Of a stretch of 64,000 nucleotides of DNA, positions 1 to 8,108 are shown in pieces. Made by a program: the position numbers and the translations under genes. This DNA comes from Candidatus Sungiibacteriota bacterium (GTDB lineage: Bacteria; Patescibacteriota; Minisyncoccia; Sungbacterales; HO2-52-23): NCBI GenBank assembly GCA_016180435.1, contig JACPBG010000004.1:59660-123659 (forward strand), read 5' to 3'. The notes under the pieces are model-generated. The model was not told the origin of the DNA. It made no database searches and saw only the letters and a program-made list of their open reading frames with translations. Position 1 is the stretch's first letter, and every line of letters starts with the position of its first letter.

Positions 1-22
1 CGGTTTTTTCAATCCAGACAAG

Positions 23-3000
23 TTGCCTGCGGCCAAAGAACTAAGAACTAAGAACTTAGAACTTAGAAAACCAAAAAGGGAACTAAGTTCTAAATCACTA
101 AGATCTAAGTTCTATGATGCAAAATCATTTTGCATCGTTGTCCCTCCTCCCAACGTTACCGGTTCTCTGCATATGGGACACGCTCTGAATGCCGTTATTC
201 AGGACATCTTGATACGCAAAAAACGAATGGAAGGATTTAGAACTTTATGGCTTCCCGGTACGGATCATGCCGGAATTGCTACGCAAAATGTGGTGGAAAA
301 AGAACTTCGCAAACAAAATATTTCGCGCCACGAATTGGGCAGGGAAAAATTTTTGGCGAGTGTGTGGGAATGGAAAGAAAAATACGGGAATATAATTCTG
401 GACCAATTTAAAAAACTGGGTTCTTCTATGGATTGGTCGCGCGTGCGTTTTACCATGGATGAGGGGTATAAAAAAGCGGTGGAGGAGGCATTTATTCACT
501 ATTATAAAAAAGGATGGATTTACCGCGGAGAGCGCACGGTGAATTGGTGTTCGCGTTGCGCGACTTCCCTTTCGGACCTTGAAATTGAGTATCGGGAAGA
601 GAAAGGCAAATTTTACTATATTAAATACGGCCCCATGGTTTTAGGAACCGCACGGCCGGAAACAAAATTAGGGGATACTGCGCTGGCGGTAAATCCGGTA
701 GACAAACGGTATAAAAAATACATCGGGAAGGAAATTATTATTCGATCGGTGGATTCGTCGGTGGTTCGTGAAGAACAGCCCCGGCTCAAAGATATAAAAA
801 TAAAGGTGGTTGCGGATGAGGCGGCTGATCCGAAATTTGGAACAGGCGTGATTAAAGTAACGCCGGCCCATGATGCGGCTGATTTTGGAATTTATCAGCG
901 GCATCCCGAGATTCTGATTATAAAAGTAATTGGCGAAAACGGACGCATGACTAAAGAGGCGGGTGCGCGTTATGAGGGGCTGAAGGTTTCCGAGGCCCGG
1001 AAACAAATTATTGAAGACCTGGAAAAATTAGGACTCATGGATCATATCGAGGATTACACGCATAACGTCTCGTTATGTTATCGCTGCGGGACAGTGATTG
1101 AGCCGCTTCTTTCCAAACAGTGGTTCTTAAAAATGGATGAATTGGCTAAAATGGCAATTAAAGCCGCCCGCCCCGTTAGAGCCGGCTCTAATGGGGTTAA
1201 ATCCGGAAAAATTAAGTTTCATCCCAAGCGTTGGGAGAAGATTTATTTTGATTGGCTCGGCAATATCAAAGATTGGTGCATATCAAGACAGATTTGGTGG
1301 GGACACCGTCTGCCTGTCTGGTATTGTATGGGCTCGCATATCCAAACCGAAAAAAAAATGGGATTTGCCGGAGATATTGTCCCACAGGTTTTTATCAACA
1401 AAACACGGACTTACCGGTTACGCGATCACGGATTTAAAATTGGTGACCGTGTTGCATTTGAAAACAGCGCTACCGGAGAGATCTTTGGATACGCCGTAAT
1501 TACTGAAATTAAAAAAACAACCGCGGGTGAAATCGATTTAAAAGACCCGAAACATTACAAAATATATAACACCTGCGAGGAACTTATTACAGCATTCAAG
1601 CACCATCCGCAAAAAATAAATAAAGGAACAATCAGTGAAAATACTCTCGTGTGGATTTATACATATCGGTTTGAACCGGCTGATAAATCTGGATCATGCA
1701 TTCGGTTAAATCCCGTTGTAAAGGGCAACTGGTTTTTTGTGAGGCATGGAGAAACGGATTTTAATAAAGAACGTCGTATTCAGGGACAAACCGCTGGAGG
1801 CCCTCTTAATGAATTAGGAAAAAAACAAGCATATGAAACCGCTCAGCGGTTGAAGCCATATAAAATTGATTTAATTATTAGTTCGGATTTGGCGCGAGCT
1901 AAAGATACCGCCGAAATAATTGCCAAAGAGCTTAACGCCGAGATCATTTTTGATGCGGCATTGCGCGAAAGAAATTATGGCATTGCGGAAGGTACGACCC
2001 CTGAAGAGCGAAAACAGCACTACCCCGAATTAGAAGACCGTCTCAAGGAATATACCTTTGTGCCAGACGGCGGAGAAAATTTACCAACCATGGAGAAACG
2101 GATATACCGGGCGCTGGCGCAGCATAAAAAAAATCACCTCCATAAAAATATAGTCATCATATCACACGGCGCCACACTTAAAGGACTTTTTCGTAAGTTA
2201 AAAAATATACCGTTCAACGAGTTTTCCGAATTTACGATCCATAACGCCGGCGTTATTCATGTCTCCATTTCCGATCCATGTGAGAAATGCGGGAGCGATT
2301 TGGCGGAGCAAGACACTAATGTTCTGGATACATGGTTTTCATCCGCGCTTTGGCCTCTGGCAACACTTGGTTGGCCGGATAAAACGGGAGATCTTAAAAA
2401 TTTCTATCCCACCTCGGTATTATCCACGGCGCGTGATATAATCAATTTATGGGTGGCGCGCATGGTATTTTCCGGGCTGGAATTTATGGGAAAGCCGCCG
2501 TTTAAGGATATAATCATCCACGCCACCATTCTCACTAAAGATGGCAAACGGATGTCAAAATCCCTCGGAACCGGCATTGACCCCATGATTTTGATTGAAA
2601 AATACGGGGCAGATGCCGCGCGTTTCGGACTTATTTGGCAGGCCATGGGCAATCAGGATATACACTGGTCGGAGGAGCATGTGGTGGCCGGAAAAAAGTT
2701 TGCCAATAAGATTTGGAACGCCAGCAGATTCGTCCTGCTCCAAATTCCAAATTCTAAATTCCAAACTCCAAACAAATCACAAATTCCAAATTCTAAATTC
2801 CAAACATCGGCGGATAAAAAGATACTGAAACAACTGGAAAAAACAAAAAAAGATGTTTCCAAAAGCATTGATAAATATGAATTTGGACAAGCGCTACATG
2901 CGCTTTACGAATTTTATTGGCACGAGTTTTGCGATGTCTACATAGAAACAGCTAAATCACAAATCACAAATCACAAATCACAAGCAGCAACAGAAAATAT

Positions 3001-3130
3001 TTTACTTTATGTTCTCATTGAATCATTGAAACTCCTACATCCTTTTATGCCTTTTGTTACCGAAGAAATATGGAGCCATCTGCCGCTGAAAGACAAGAAG
3101 CTGTTACTCGTTGAAAACTGGCCCACATAA
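23..3130 (+). CDS. valS: valyl-tRNA synthetase carrying a ~330-aa internal insertion (ASCH/PUA-like + histidine-phosphatase domains); 5' end possibly truncated by window edge (TTG start at 23, frame open to position 2)
   Basis: PPPNVTGSLHMGHA (HIGH), KMSKSLGTGIDP, editing-domain motifs TARPETKLGDTALAVNP and GTGVIKVTPAHD, DWCISRQIWWGHRLP, DTWFSSALWPLATLGWP. Confidence 0.9.
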   Translation: MPAAKELRTKNLELRKPKRELSSKSLRSKFYDAKSFCIVVPPPNVTGSLHMGHALNAVIQDILIRKKRMEGFRTLWLPGTDHAGIATQNVVEKELRKQNISRHELGREKFLASVWEWKEKYGNIILDQFKKLGSSMDWSRVRFTMDEGYKKAVEEAFIHYYKKGWIYRGERTVNWCSRCATSLSDLEIEYREEKGKFYYIKYGPMVLGTARPETKLGDTALAVNPVDKRYKKYIGKEIIIRSVDSSVVREEQPRLKDIKIKVVADEAADPKFGTGVIKVTPAHDAADFGIYQRHPEILIIKVIGENGRMTKEAGARYEGLKVSEARKQIIEDLEKLGLMDHIEDYTHNVSLCYRCGTVIEPLLSKQWFLKMDELAKMAIKAARPVRAGSNGVKSGKIKFHPKRWEKIYFDWLGNIKDWCISRQIWWGHRLPVWYCMGSHIQTEKKMGFAGDIVPQVFINKTRTYRLRDHGFKIGDRVAFENSATGEIFGYAVITEIKKTTAGEIDLKDPKHYKIYNTCEELITAFKHHPQKINKGTISENTLVWIYTYRFEPADKSGSCIRLNPVVKGNWFFVRHGETDFNKERRIQGQTAGGPLNELGKKQAYETAQRLKPYKIDLIISSDLARAKDTAEIIAKELNAEIIFDAALRERNYGIAEGTTPEERKQHYPELEDRLKEYTFVPDGGENLPTMEKRIYRALAQHKKNHLHKNIVIISHGATLKGLFRKLKNIPFNEFSEFTIHNAGVIHVSISDPCEKCGSDLAEQDTNVLDTWFSSALWPLATLGWPDKTGDLKNFYPTSVLSTARDIINLWVARMVFSGLEFMGKPPFKDIIIHATILTKDGKRMSKSLGTGIDPMILIEKYGADAARFGLIWQAMGNQDIHWSEEHVVAGKKFANKIWNASRFVLLQIPNSKFQTPNKSQIPNSKFQTSADKKILKQLEKTKKDVSKSIDKYEFGQALHALYEFYWHEFCDVYIETAKSQITNHKSQAATENILLYVLIESLKLLHPFMPFVTEEIWSHLPLKDKKLLLVENWPT

Positions 3131-3134
3131 AAGC

Positions 3135-3166
<32 letters not shown>

Positions 3167-3257
3167 AGACATGAATGCTAAGATCTAAGTTCTTGAATGC
3201 TAAGTTCTACGTTGCATAGCAACGCTGGCCGCAGTCATAGGAATAAATATCGGATAT

Positions 3258-3989
3258 GTGCTTTTAACCTTCGTGCCTCCGGTGCTCTGGCTTCTTTTTT
3301 ATTTGCGCGAAGATCGGCATCCCGAGCCCAAAACCCTGCTTCTTCTGACATTTATCGGAGGTATGGCATCGGCTCTCCTGGCCATGTTCGCCGAGATAGT
3401 GGCGCTGGGCGGTCCGGAAATGGCGTTTTCGGATTCGTCGTTTCTGCGGCAAAATATATTTATCTTTTTTTTGGTCATAGGACTTATTGAAGAATATGCT
3501 AAGTATCTTCCGGTGAAATTCTTGGTTCTGTCGCGCTGCCGCGACCATCAAAAATGCGATTTTGACGAGCCGATCGACGCCATGATTTATATGATAACCG
3601 CGGCCCTGGGTTTTGCCGCGCTTGAAAACACCCTGTTTTTGTTCCCGTTTTTTAAGGAAAACATCTATTTGGGACTTGAGGTTGCCGCCAACCGCTTTTT
3701 GGGAGCAAATCTTCTGCACGCTTTATCCTCCGGCATCGTGGGTTACTTTCTGGCACGCGCGTTTTTCTCGCCCTACAGGCATCATTTTGTGGCGCTGGGC
3801 ATAATTACCGCCGCCTTGTTGCACACTATTTTCAATTATCTTATACTGGTAAGAGAGGTACTGCCGCAAGGAACGTTTTATATAATCTTTCTTTTATCCA
3901 CTATGGCGGTTATGGTATTCGTGGATTTTGAACGACTCAAAAAGGCGCGAATAATAGACGAATCGCCCAAAACGAATATTAGCGAATAA
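3258..3989 (+). CDS. PrsW-family intramembrane protease-like membrane protein
   Basis: multi-TM; conserved-looking motifs LIEEYAKY (EExxK), GFAALENTLF (FxxxE), LLHTIFNYL (HxxxN). Confidence 0.6.
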   Translation: MLLTFVPPVLWLLFYLREDRHPEPKTLLLLTFIGGMASALLAMFAEIVALGGPEMAFSDSSFLRQNIFIFFLVIGLIEEYAKYLPVKFLVLSRCRDHQKCDFDEPIDAMIYMITAALGFAALENTLFLFPFFKENIYLGLEVAANRFLGANLLHALSSGIVGYFLARAFFSPYRHHFVALGIITAALLHTIFNYLILVREVLPQGTFYIIFLLSTMAVMVFVDFERLKKARIIDESPKTNISE

Positions 3990-4029
3990 CGATATATTTT
4001 GCGCCAAAGGCGGATACATTAAGAAAACT

Positions 4030-4200
4030 CGCTAGTGAGTGTATGGGCGATTGAGTCCGTTTTATTTCAGACAATGGGAGGACAAAATTGCTTGGTTTTG
4101 CGCGAATGCGCGCAAAAATTTTGTCCGACCCTTAGTGAGTCCCGCGCTGGACGGGACGAATCGTGTCTGAAATAAAATGGTGAAAATCGCCATACCGAGT
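4030..4200 (+). promoter_or_regulatory. structured leader upstream of hsp20: long-range inverted repeat (ggcgatt..ttttatttcagaca / tgtctgaaataaaa..aatcgcc) plus internal hairpin GTCCCGcgctggaCGGGAC
   Basis: inverted repeats seen directly, ~4046-4073 vs 4166-4193. Confidence 0.3.
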
Positions 4201-4205
4201 CAACA

Positions 4206-4787
4206 ATGAATACTTTTTTCGAAAAACTTACCAATTCCAAGCCGCAACCCGTTGCGGCCGATATTGGCGCGGAAGAACGCGATGATGAGGCCGCGGTTGT
4301 TGAAAAAGAAGTTACGCCTTCGCAGCCGTCTCCCAAACGCGCGCCCATGCGTAAAATCGCAGCCCCGGTCCAGCTAAAACCCAAACCAACTCAATTAAAA
4401 GTAGAAAGCGAGGAAGCGGAATCAACGGCAGGGGAGAAAGAAAAAGAACTTGAAGAAGAAGGAGAGTTGACTGTAGATATATATGACAATGGTAATGCTA
4501 TTGTAATTCAATCAACCGTAGCCGGAGTAAAGCCGGAGAATTTGGATGTTTCCATAACAACAGATACCGTGACTATTCGCGGGCGAAGGGAAAAATCCGA
4601 AGAGATTAAAGAAGAACATTATTACTACAAGGAACTTTTTTGGGGTTCTTTTTCCCGCTCGGTCATTTTGCCCGAAGAAATTGATGATACTGCCGCAGAG
4701 GCCGCTTTGAAACACGGCCTTCTCACTATCACGCTTCCGAAGAAAAGAAAAGGAGTGGCGCAGAAACTTAAGGTAAAGGTAACCTAA
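4206..4787 (+). CDS. Hsp20/alpha-crystallin family small heat-shock protein with low-complexity N-terminal extension
   Basis: C-terminal alpha-crystallin-like domain LTVDIYDNGNAIVIQSTVAGVKPENLDVSI...GLLTITLPKK. Confidence 0.8.
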   Translation: MNTFFEKLTNSKPQPVAADIGAEERDDEAAVVEKEVTPSQPSPKRAPMRKIAAPVQLKPKPTQLKVESEEAESTAGEKEKELEEEGELTVDIYDNGNAIVIQSTVAGVKPENLDVSITTDTVTIRGRREKSEEIKEEHYYYKELFWGSFSRSVILPEEIDDTAAEAALKHGLLTITLPKKRKGVAQKLKVKVT

Positions 4788-4958
4788 AAATCGCCATCCG
4801 GCGATTTTTTAGTAAATAAGGGTTGGTGTTTATATGATACTGTTCGGACTCATTTTGAGCAAAATCCCGACTGATTTACCCCTTGCTCGCACTCGGACGG
4901 CTCGGCATTCCTCCCCCCAACCCCCTCCTGCCGAGCCGTCCTCACGGTTGTGGCAGTG
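4782..4958. repeat. left terminal inverted repeat (~177 bp) of a TIR-bounded cassette; contains two strong hairpins (terminator-like, and GGACGGCTCGGCA...TGCCGAGCCGTCC)
   Basis: reverse-complement of 9507-9716 nearly base-for-base (right copy has an extra ~26 bp segment). Confidence 0.85.
4786..4812 (+). terminator. rho-independent terminator hairpin AAATCGCC-atcc-GGCGATTT followed by TTTT; also the outer end of the left terminal inverted repeat
   Basis: stem-loop plus T-run directly after hsp20 stop. Confidence 0.7.
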
Positions 4959-4962
4959 GCAT

Positions 4963-5166
4963 TCACGATTTCAATAAACTAGCTCCAAACTCTGAATGAC
5001 ATTTTACACAAAAACCCTTTAGCGTCATTCCAATTGTGTTAATCTTACCGACACTTTCTTTGTAATAGGTGGTACCCCTTACAATATCGCCACTACATCT
5101 ATCGCAACGTCGAGAAACCCGTGCTTTTGTTTCTTTAAGAAACTTAATGCTATCGTATTTACTCAT
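4963..5166 (-). CDS. small zinc-ribbon protein (CxxC...CxxC), last gene of cassette operon; 4-nt overlap with upstream MTase gene
   Basis: RRCDRCSGD ... CVKCHSEFG cysteine pairs; ATGA overlap at 5163-5166. Confidence 0.45.
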   Translation of the reverse strand: MSKYDSIKFLKETKARVSRRCDRCSGDIVRGTTYYKESVGKINTIGMTLKGFCVKCHSEFGASLLKS

Positions 5167-6014
5167 ACGGATTCAGCAAAAGCGTCCGATAGAATCATTA
5201 CCTCTCTGCCTTTGCGCGATTCATAAGCATTATAGTTGAGAGAAAAACTAACGATTTTTCTTTTTGGATATAATGACCTTATTTCTTTCTTGTTATCGTA
5301 AGTAAGTAACCAGAAAGCATCTCGATTCTCATTAAGTTTTTTTGCAAGTGCTTCGTGATTTTCTTTTTGATAGTGGTTGAGGTAAAGTGTTGCCCCCTTT
5401 TCAAAATAAGGGGGGTCGAGATATATGAAAGAGTTTTTCTTGTCTAAATATTCTTCAATCAATTCAAGGCCATCTTTGTTATATACCGAGATTTTGTCCT
5501 TATATCGGCCAAGTTGTTGGATTTTTTTCACCAAACTTTTCTTATTAAATCTTGCATCAATTTTCCATTTCCCTTTTTGGTTTAATCCACCAATAGGTCC
5601 TCCATCTAAAATCCCGGAAATATTAGTTCTATTTAGAAAAAAGGTTGCAAACCCCAGCTTAAAAAGCCATGATTTTGGATTTTCATAAATTGCCTTTTGT
5701 TTTTTCCATTCGTCAATAGTAATTGGGGTTCTGTAAATCTTCCCTACAAACTTTTCTGAATCAAAAATCGCTGACTGCCAAAACGAGTAAATCGCCCTAT
5801 CAAGATCATTAATCACAATTTTTTTGACCCTGCCAGAAAATAAGAGCGCAAGCGCTGCTCCCGCTCCGCCAGCAAACGGTTCAACGTAAGTGAGATTTTT
5901 CAGACCTTGCTCTTTAATAACTTTTTCAAAAAAGGGCACAAGAGAAGTCTTACCTCCAGGATATCGAAGGGGGCTGTGGTAATTTTTCTGATTTTTGTTC
6001 GTTAGTATTTTCAT
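5163..6014 (-). CDS. Dam-family (D12 class) N6-adenine DNA methyltransferase
   Basis: YPGGK near N-terminus, EPFAGGAG (SAM-binding motif I), IYLDPPYFEKG (DPPY motif IV). Confidence 0.85.
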   Translation of the reverse strand: MKILTNKNQKNYHSPLRYPGGKTSLVPFFEKVIKEQGLKNLTYVEPFAGGAGAALALLFSGRVKKIVINDLDRAIYSFWQSAIFDSEKFVGKIYRTPITIDEWKKQKAIYENPKSWLFKLGFATFFLNRTNISGILDGGPIGGLNQKGKWKIDARFNKKSLVKKIQQLGRYKDKISVYNKDGLELIEEYLDKKNSFIYLDPPYFEKGATLYLNHYQKENHEALAKKLNENRDAFWLLTYDNKKEIRSLYPKRKIVSFSLNYNAYESRKGREVMILSDAFAESV

Positions 6015-6035
6015 TCAATTACATTATACGGCAAT

Positions 6036-6962
6036 TTAAAGCGCCTTCCCATACCTTTGGAGGCGTTTGTAAATAGTCGGTAGTTTGGTTTTAAACCATT
6101 CGCCGTTCCATTCTTGCGCCCAAAAAGCGATGCGACTTCTATCGAAGAGTATGCCGACATCTGGGTAATAAAAATCTTGCCAGTCTGATTCATCAACCTC
6201 GTGAGGAACAAAAAAAGAAAAGATTATCCCCGGCATATCCCAAAAAGAGTAATACTGTTGAAGTTCTTTAATTTCCCGCTTCTTGCTTTTGAAATTGTTT
6301 CCAGCGGCGCATTGGCCAAGTAAAAAGAGCTTACTTTTCCTTCCATCTGGAAAAGGGCGCCAAGCCACAATATCAAGACCGGCATCTTTTTTTTGCGAGG
6401 CATTAGAATTATTTTTAATATCGCCTTCATTAACTTTTATCTTCAAGAACTCCAACGCTCTTCTGAAGGGTTTTTTATCCTGCGTCCATGAATTTCTAGG
6501 TGCGCCAAATTGCAAAGATTGAGCGTTCACCTCTTTACTCGAAAGAAAATTTTCCGCAACCAAGGAAGAAAGTTTCTCAAATAGATCAGAGGTTTTTTGT
6601 TTGTCCCAAACTTTTAGCTCTTTTGCGCCTTTTTCCAGTCCGACATATGACACAAGGAGACAAAATAAATATGCCCAATGATTCTTGTTTGGTTTTTTGT
6701 TTTTCACCTCAACGAGTTTCCCATTGAAACGGAAGGGGTAAACTTTATCCAATTTCCTCAATCGGCTCAATAGTTCGCTTGAGACATCTGTTTTAAGATT
6801 TTCAATTGTTGTTTCTCTGTCTGCATATTCTATCTTTAGCTTTGATGCTAAGTCCTCAATGCTGGACGAGTTATCCTTGTCTAACAACGCGTTTACCTCG
6901 AGCCAGTCGGCAAGCTTAATTTTATTAAGTCGTTCTTTTGGTAGATCAATAACAACAGCCAT
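6036..6962 (-). CDS. hypothetical protein, candidate restriction endonuclease partner of the Dam-like methyltransferase
   Basis: position immediately upstream of the MTase in same operon; no motif I can name with certainty (weak PD-(D/E)xK-like stretch GLDIVAWRPF...LLGQCAAG). Confidence 0.3.
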   Translation of the reverse strand: MAVVIDLPKERLNKIKLADWLEVNALLDKDNSSSIEDLASKLKIEYADRETTIENLKTDVSSELLSRLRKLDKVYPFRFNGKLVEVKNKKPNKNHWAYLFCLLVSYVGLEKGAKELKVWDKQKTSDLFEKLSSLVAENFLSSKEVNAQSLQFGAPRNSWTQDKKPFRRALEFLKIKVNEGDIKNNSNASQKKDAGLDIVAWRPFPDGRKSKLFLLGQCAAGNNFKSKKREIKELQQYYSFWDMPGIIFSFFVPHEVDESDWQDFYYPDVGILFDRSRIAFWAQEWNGEWFKTKLPTIYKRLQRYGKAL

Positions 6963-6968
6963 AGCATA

Positions 6969-8108
6969 TTAATTTTTACCGTTACGCTTTGTTCTCATCT
7001 GTTCTAAAATAGTGTTGGCCAATTCAGCAATTTCCTTCATTTGTTTATAAACCTCCTCGTTTCCTTTATATCGATTTAGATAACCGGCCGTTTTTCTAAG
7101 ATTGTTGAGGGCTTTAAAAACGAAATCTTCCAATTTATAATCCTCTGTATCCGTGTAGGATAAAGCATTTTCGAGTGAAGAAAATTCCTGCGAGTTTTCT
7201 CTTAAGTAGTTTGTAGCCAACTTATGTCCCAGAACATTATCGAGGTATTTCAAATCAGGATTTTGGGATTTAATAACAGATTTTTTAGCGCCATCCTTAC
7301 TCCCAAAGAGAAATTCAAGCAATAACCTAAGATTATTAAAATACTTTCTGGGAACTGGATTTTCAGAAAATATCTCCTTTTGTTTGTTTCTTATACCGAG
7401 ATACTTTCTAGTATTGTCATAACCTAGAATTGTGTAGAGGTGGGAAAAGTAAAATCTTCTCAACTCAACTTCTTCTGCTTTGAAATATCCCTCCTTTTCT
7501 GCCTGCTCTAAAACCCGGAGACCGTTGCACATTTTGATAACGGTCAGGTGTCTGTCTCCGATTCTCTCGGCAATCTTCTCAATCGGTATTTTATATTCTT
7601 TGTGAACCCGAAGTGCATATACGGCCTTACTGTAGGAATCCCATTCTTGTGGGCCATTTATATGCCTAAAGCCCAGATAGGTCCAAAGCGTTTGACGATC
7701 CGGGTATATTGCTACCGGTATCTGTTTAGTAAGTTGTGTCTTTAACTTCTCACTAATCTTTTTTTCTGATTTTAAAAGCGTTTTTATTGCAGCTAATCTT
7801 CTATTACCTTCAATTACAACAAATTTGCCCTTGTGTTTTTTGGATTCAACAGTGAGTAAGGGCTCGGTGTTATAAAAGCCATTTTTTTCAAAGGAATCAA
7901 TCAGCTCGTCCAGATGCATTTCTTTTTGTAGCTTACTAAGAATCTCGTTGTCAGATGCATTTTTTGACAAGCCAGCAAATCGTGGATTCTCGCTATCAAG
8001 TAGCAATCTATCCAACTTAACATAGTTGATTTGGATGGGATCTTGCAGAGTTTTGGTTTTTTGTTCGTTCATATTTTTATTCTTCAGAATATTCCGAATA
8101 CTCATCAA
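6969..8108 (-). CDS. ParB/Srx-like nuclease-domain protein with long C-terminal extension
   Basis: LLLDSENPRF and VIEGNRRLAAIKTLL resemble ParB N-terminal domain boxes (NPR... / (V/I)xEG(E/N)RRxRAA). Confidence 0.5.
   Translation of the reverse strand: MMSIRNILKNKNMNEQKTKTLQDPIQINYVKLDRLLLDSENPRFAGLSKNASDNEILSKLQKEMHLDELIDSFEKNGFYNTEPLLTVESKKHKGKFVVIEGNRRLAAIKTLLKSEKKISEKLKTQLTKQIPVAIYPDRQTLWTYLGFRHINGPQEWDSYSKAVYALRVHKEYKIPIEKIAERIGDRHLTVIKMCNGLRVLEQAEKEGYFKAEEVELRRFYFSHLYTILGYDNTRKYLGIRNKQKEIFSENPVPRKYFNNLRLLLEFLFGSKDGAKKSVIKSQNPDLKYLDNVLGHKLATNYLRENSQEFSSLENALSYTDTEDYKLEDFVFKALNNLRKTAGYLNRYKGNEEVYKQMKEIAELANTILEQMRTKRNGKN

Noticed and set aside
245-1499. Several short ORFs on both strands within valS
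   Set aside because: Overlap a strongly supported aaRS reading frame
1328-2320. Intein in valS
   Set aside because: Insertion does not start with Cys/Ser/Thr after a splice junction nor end with His-Asn; it contains ASCH-like and histidine-phosphatase folds rather than Hint/HEN motifs
3197-3490. 97-aa ORF upstream of the PrsW-like gene
   Set aside because: Different frame overlapping PrsW start region and the microsatellite; Arg/Ser-rich, non-coding look
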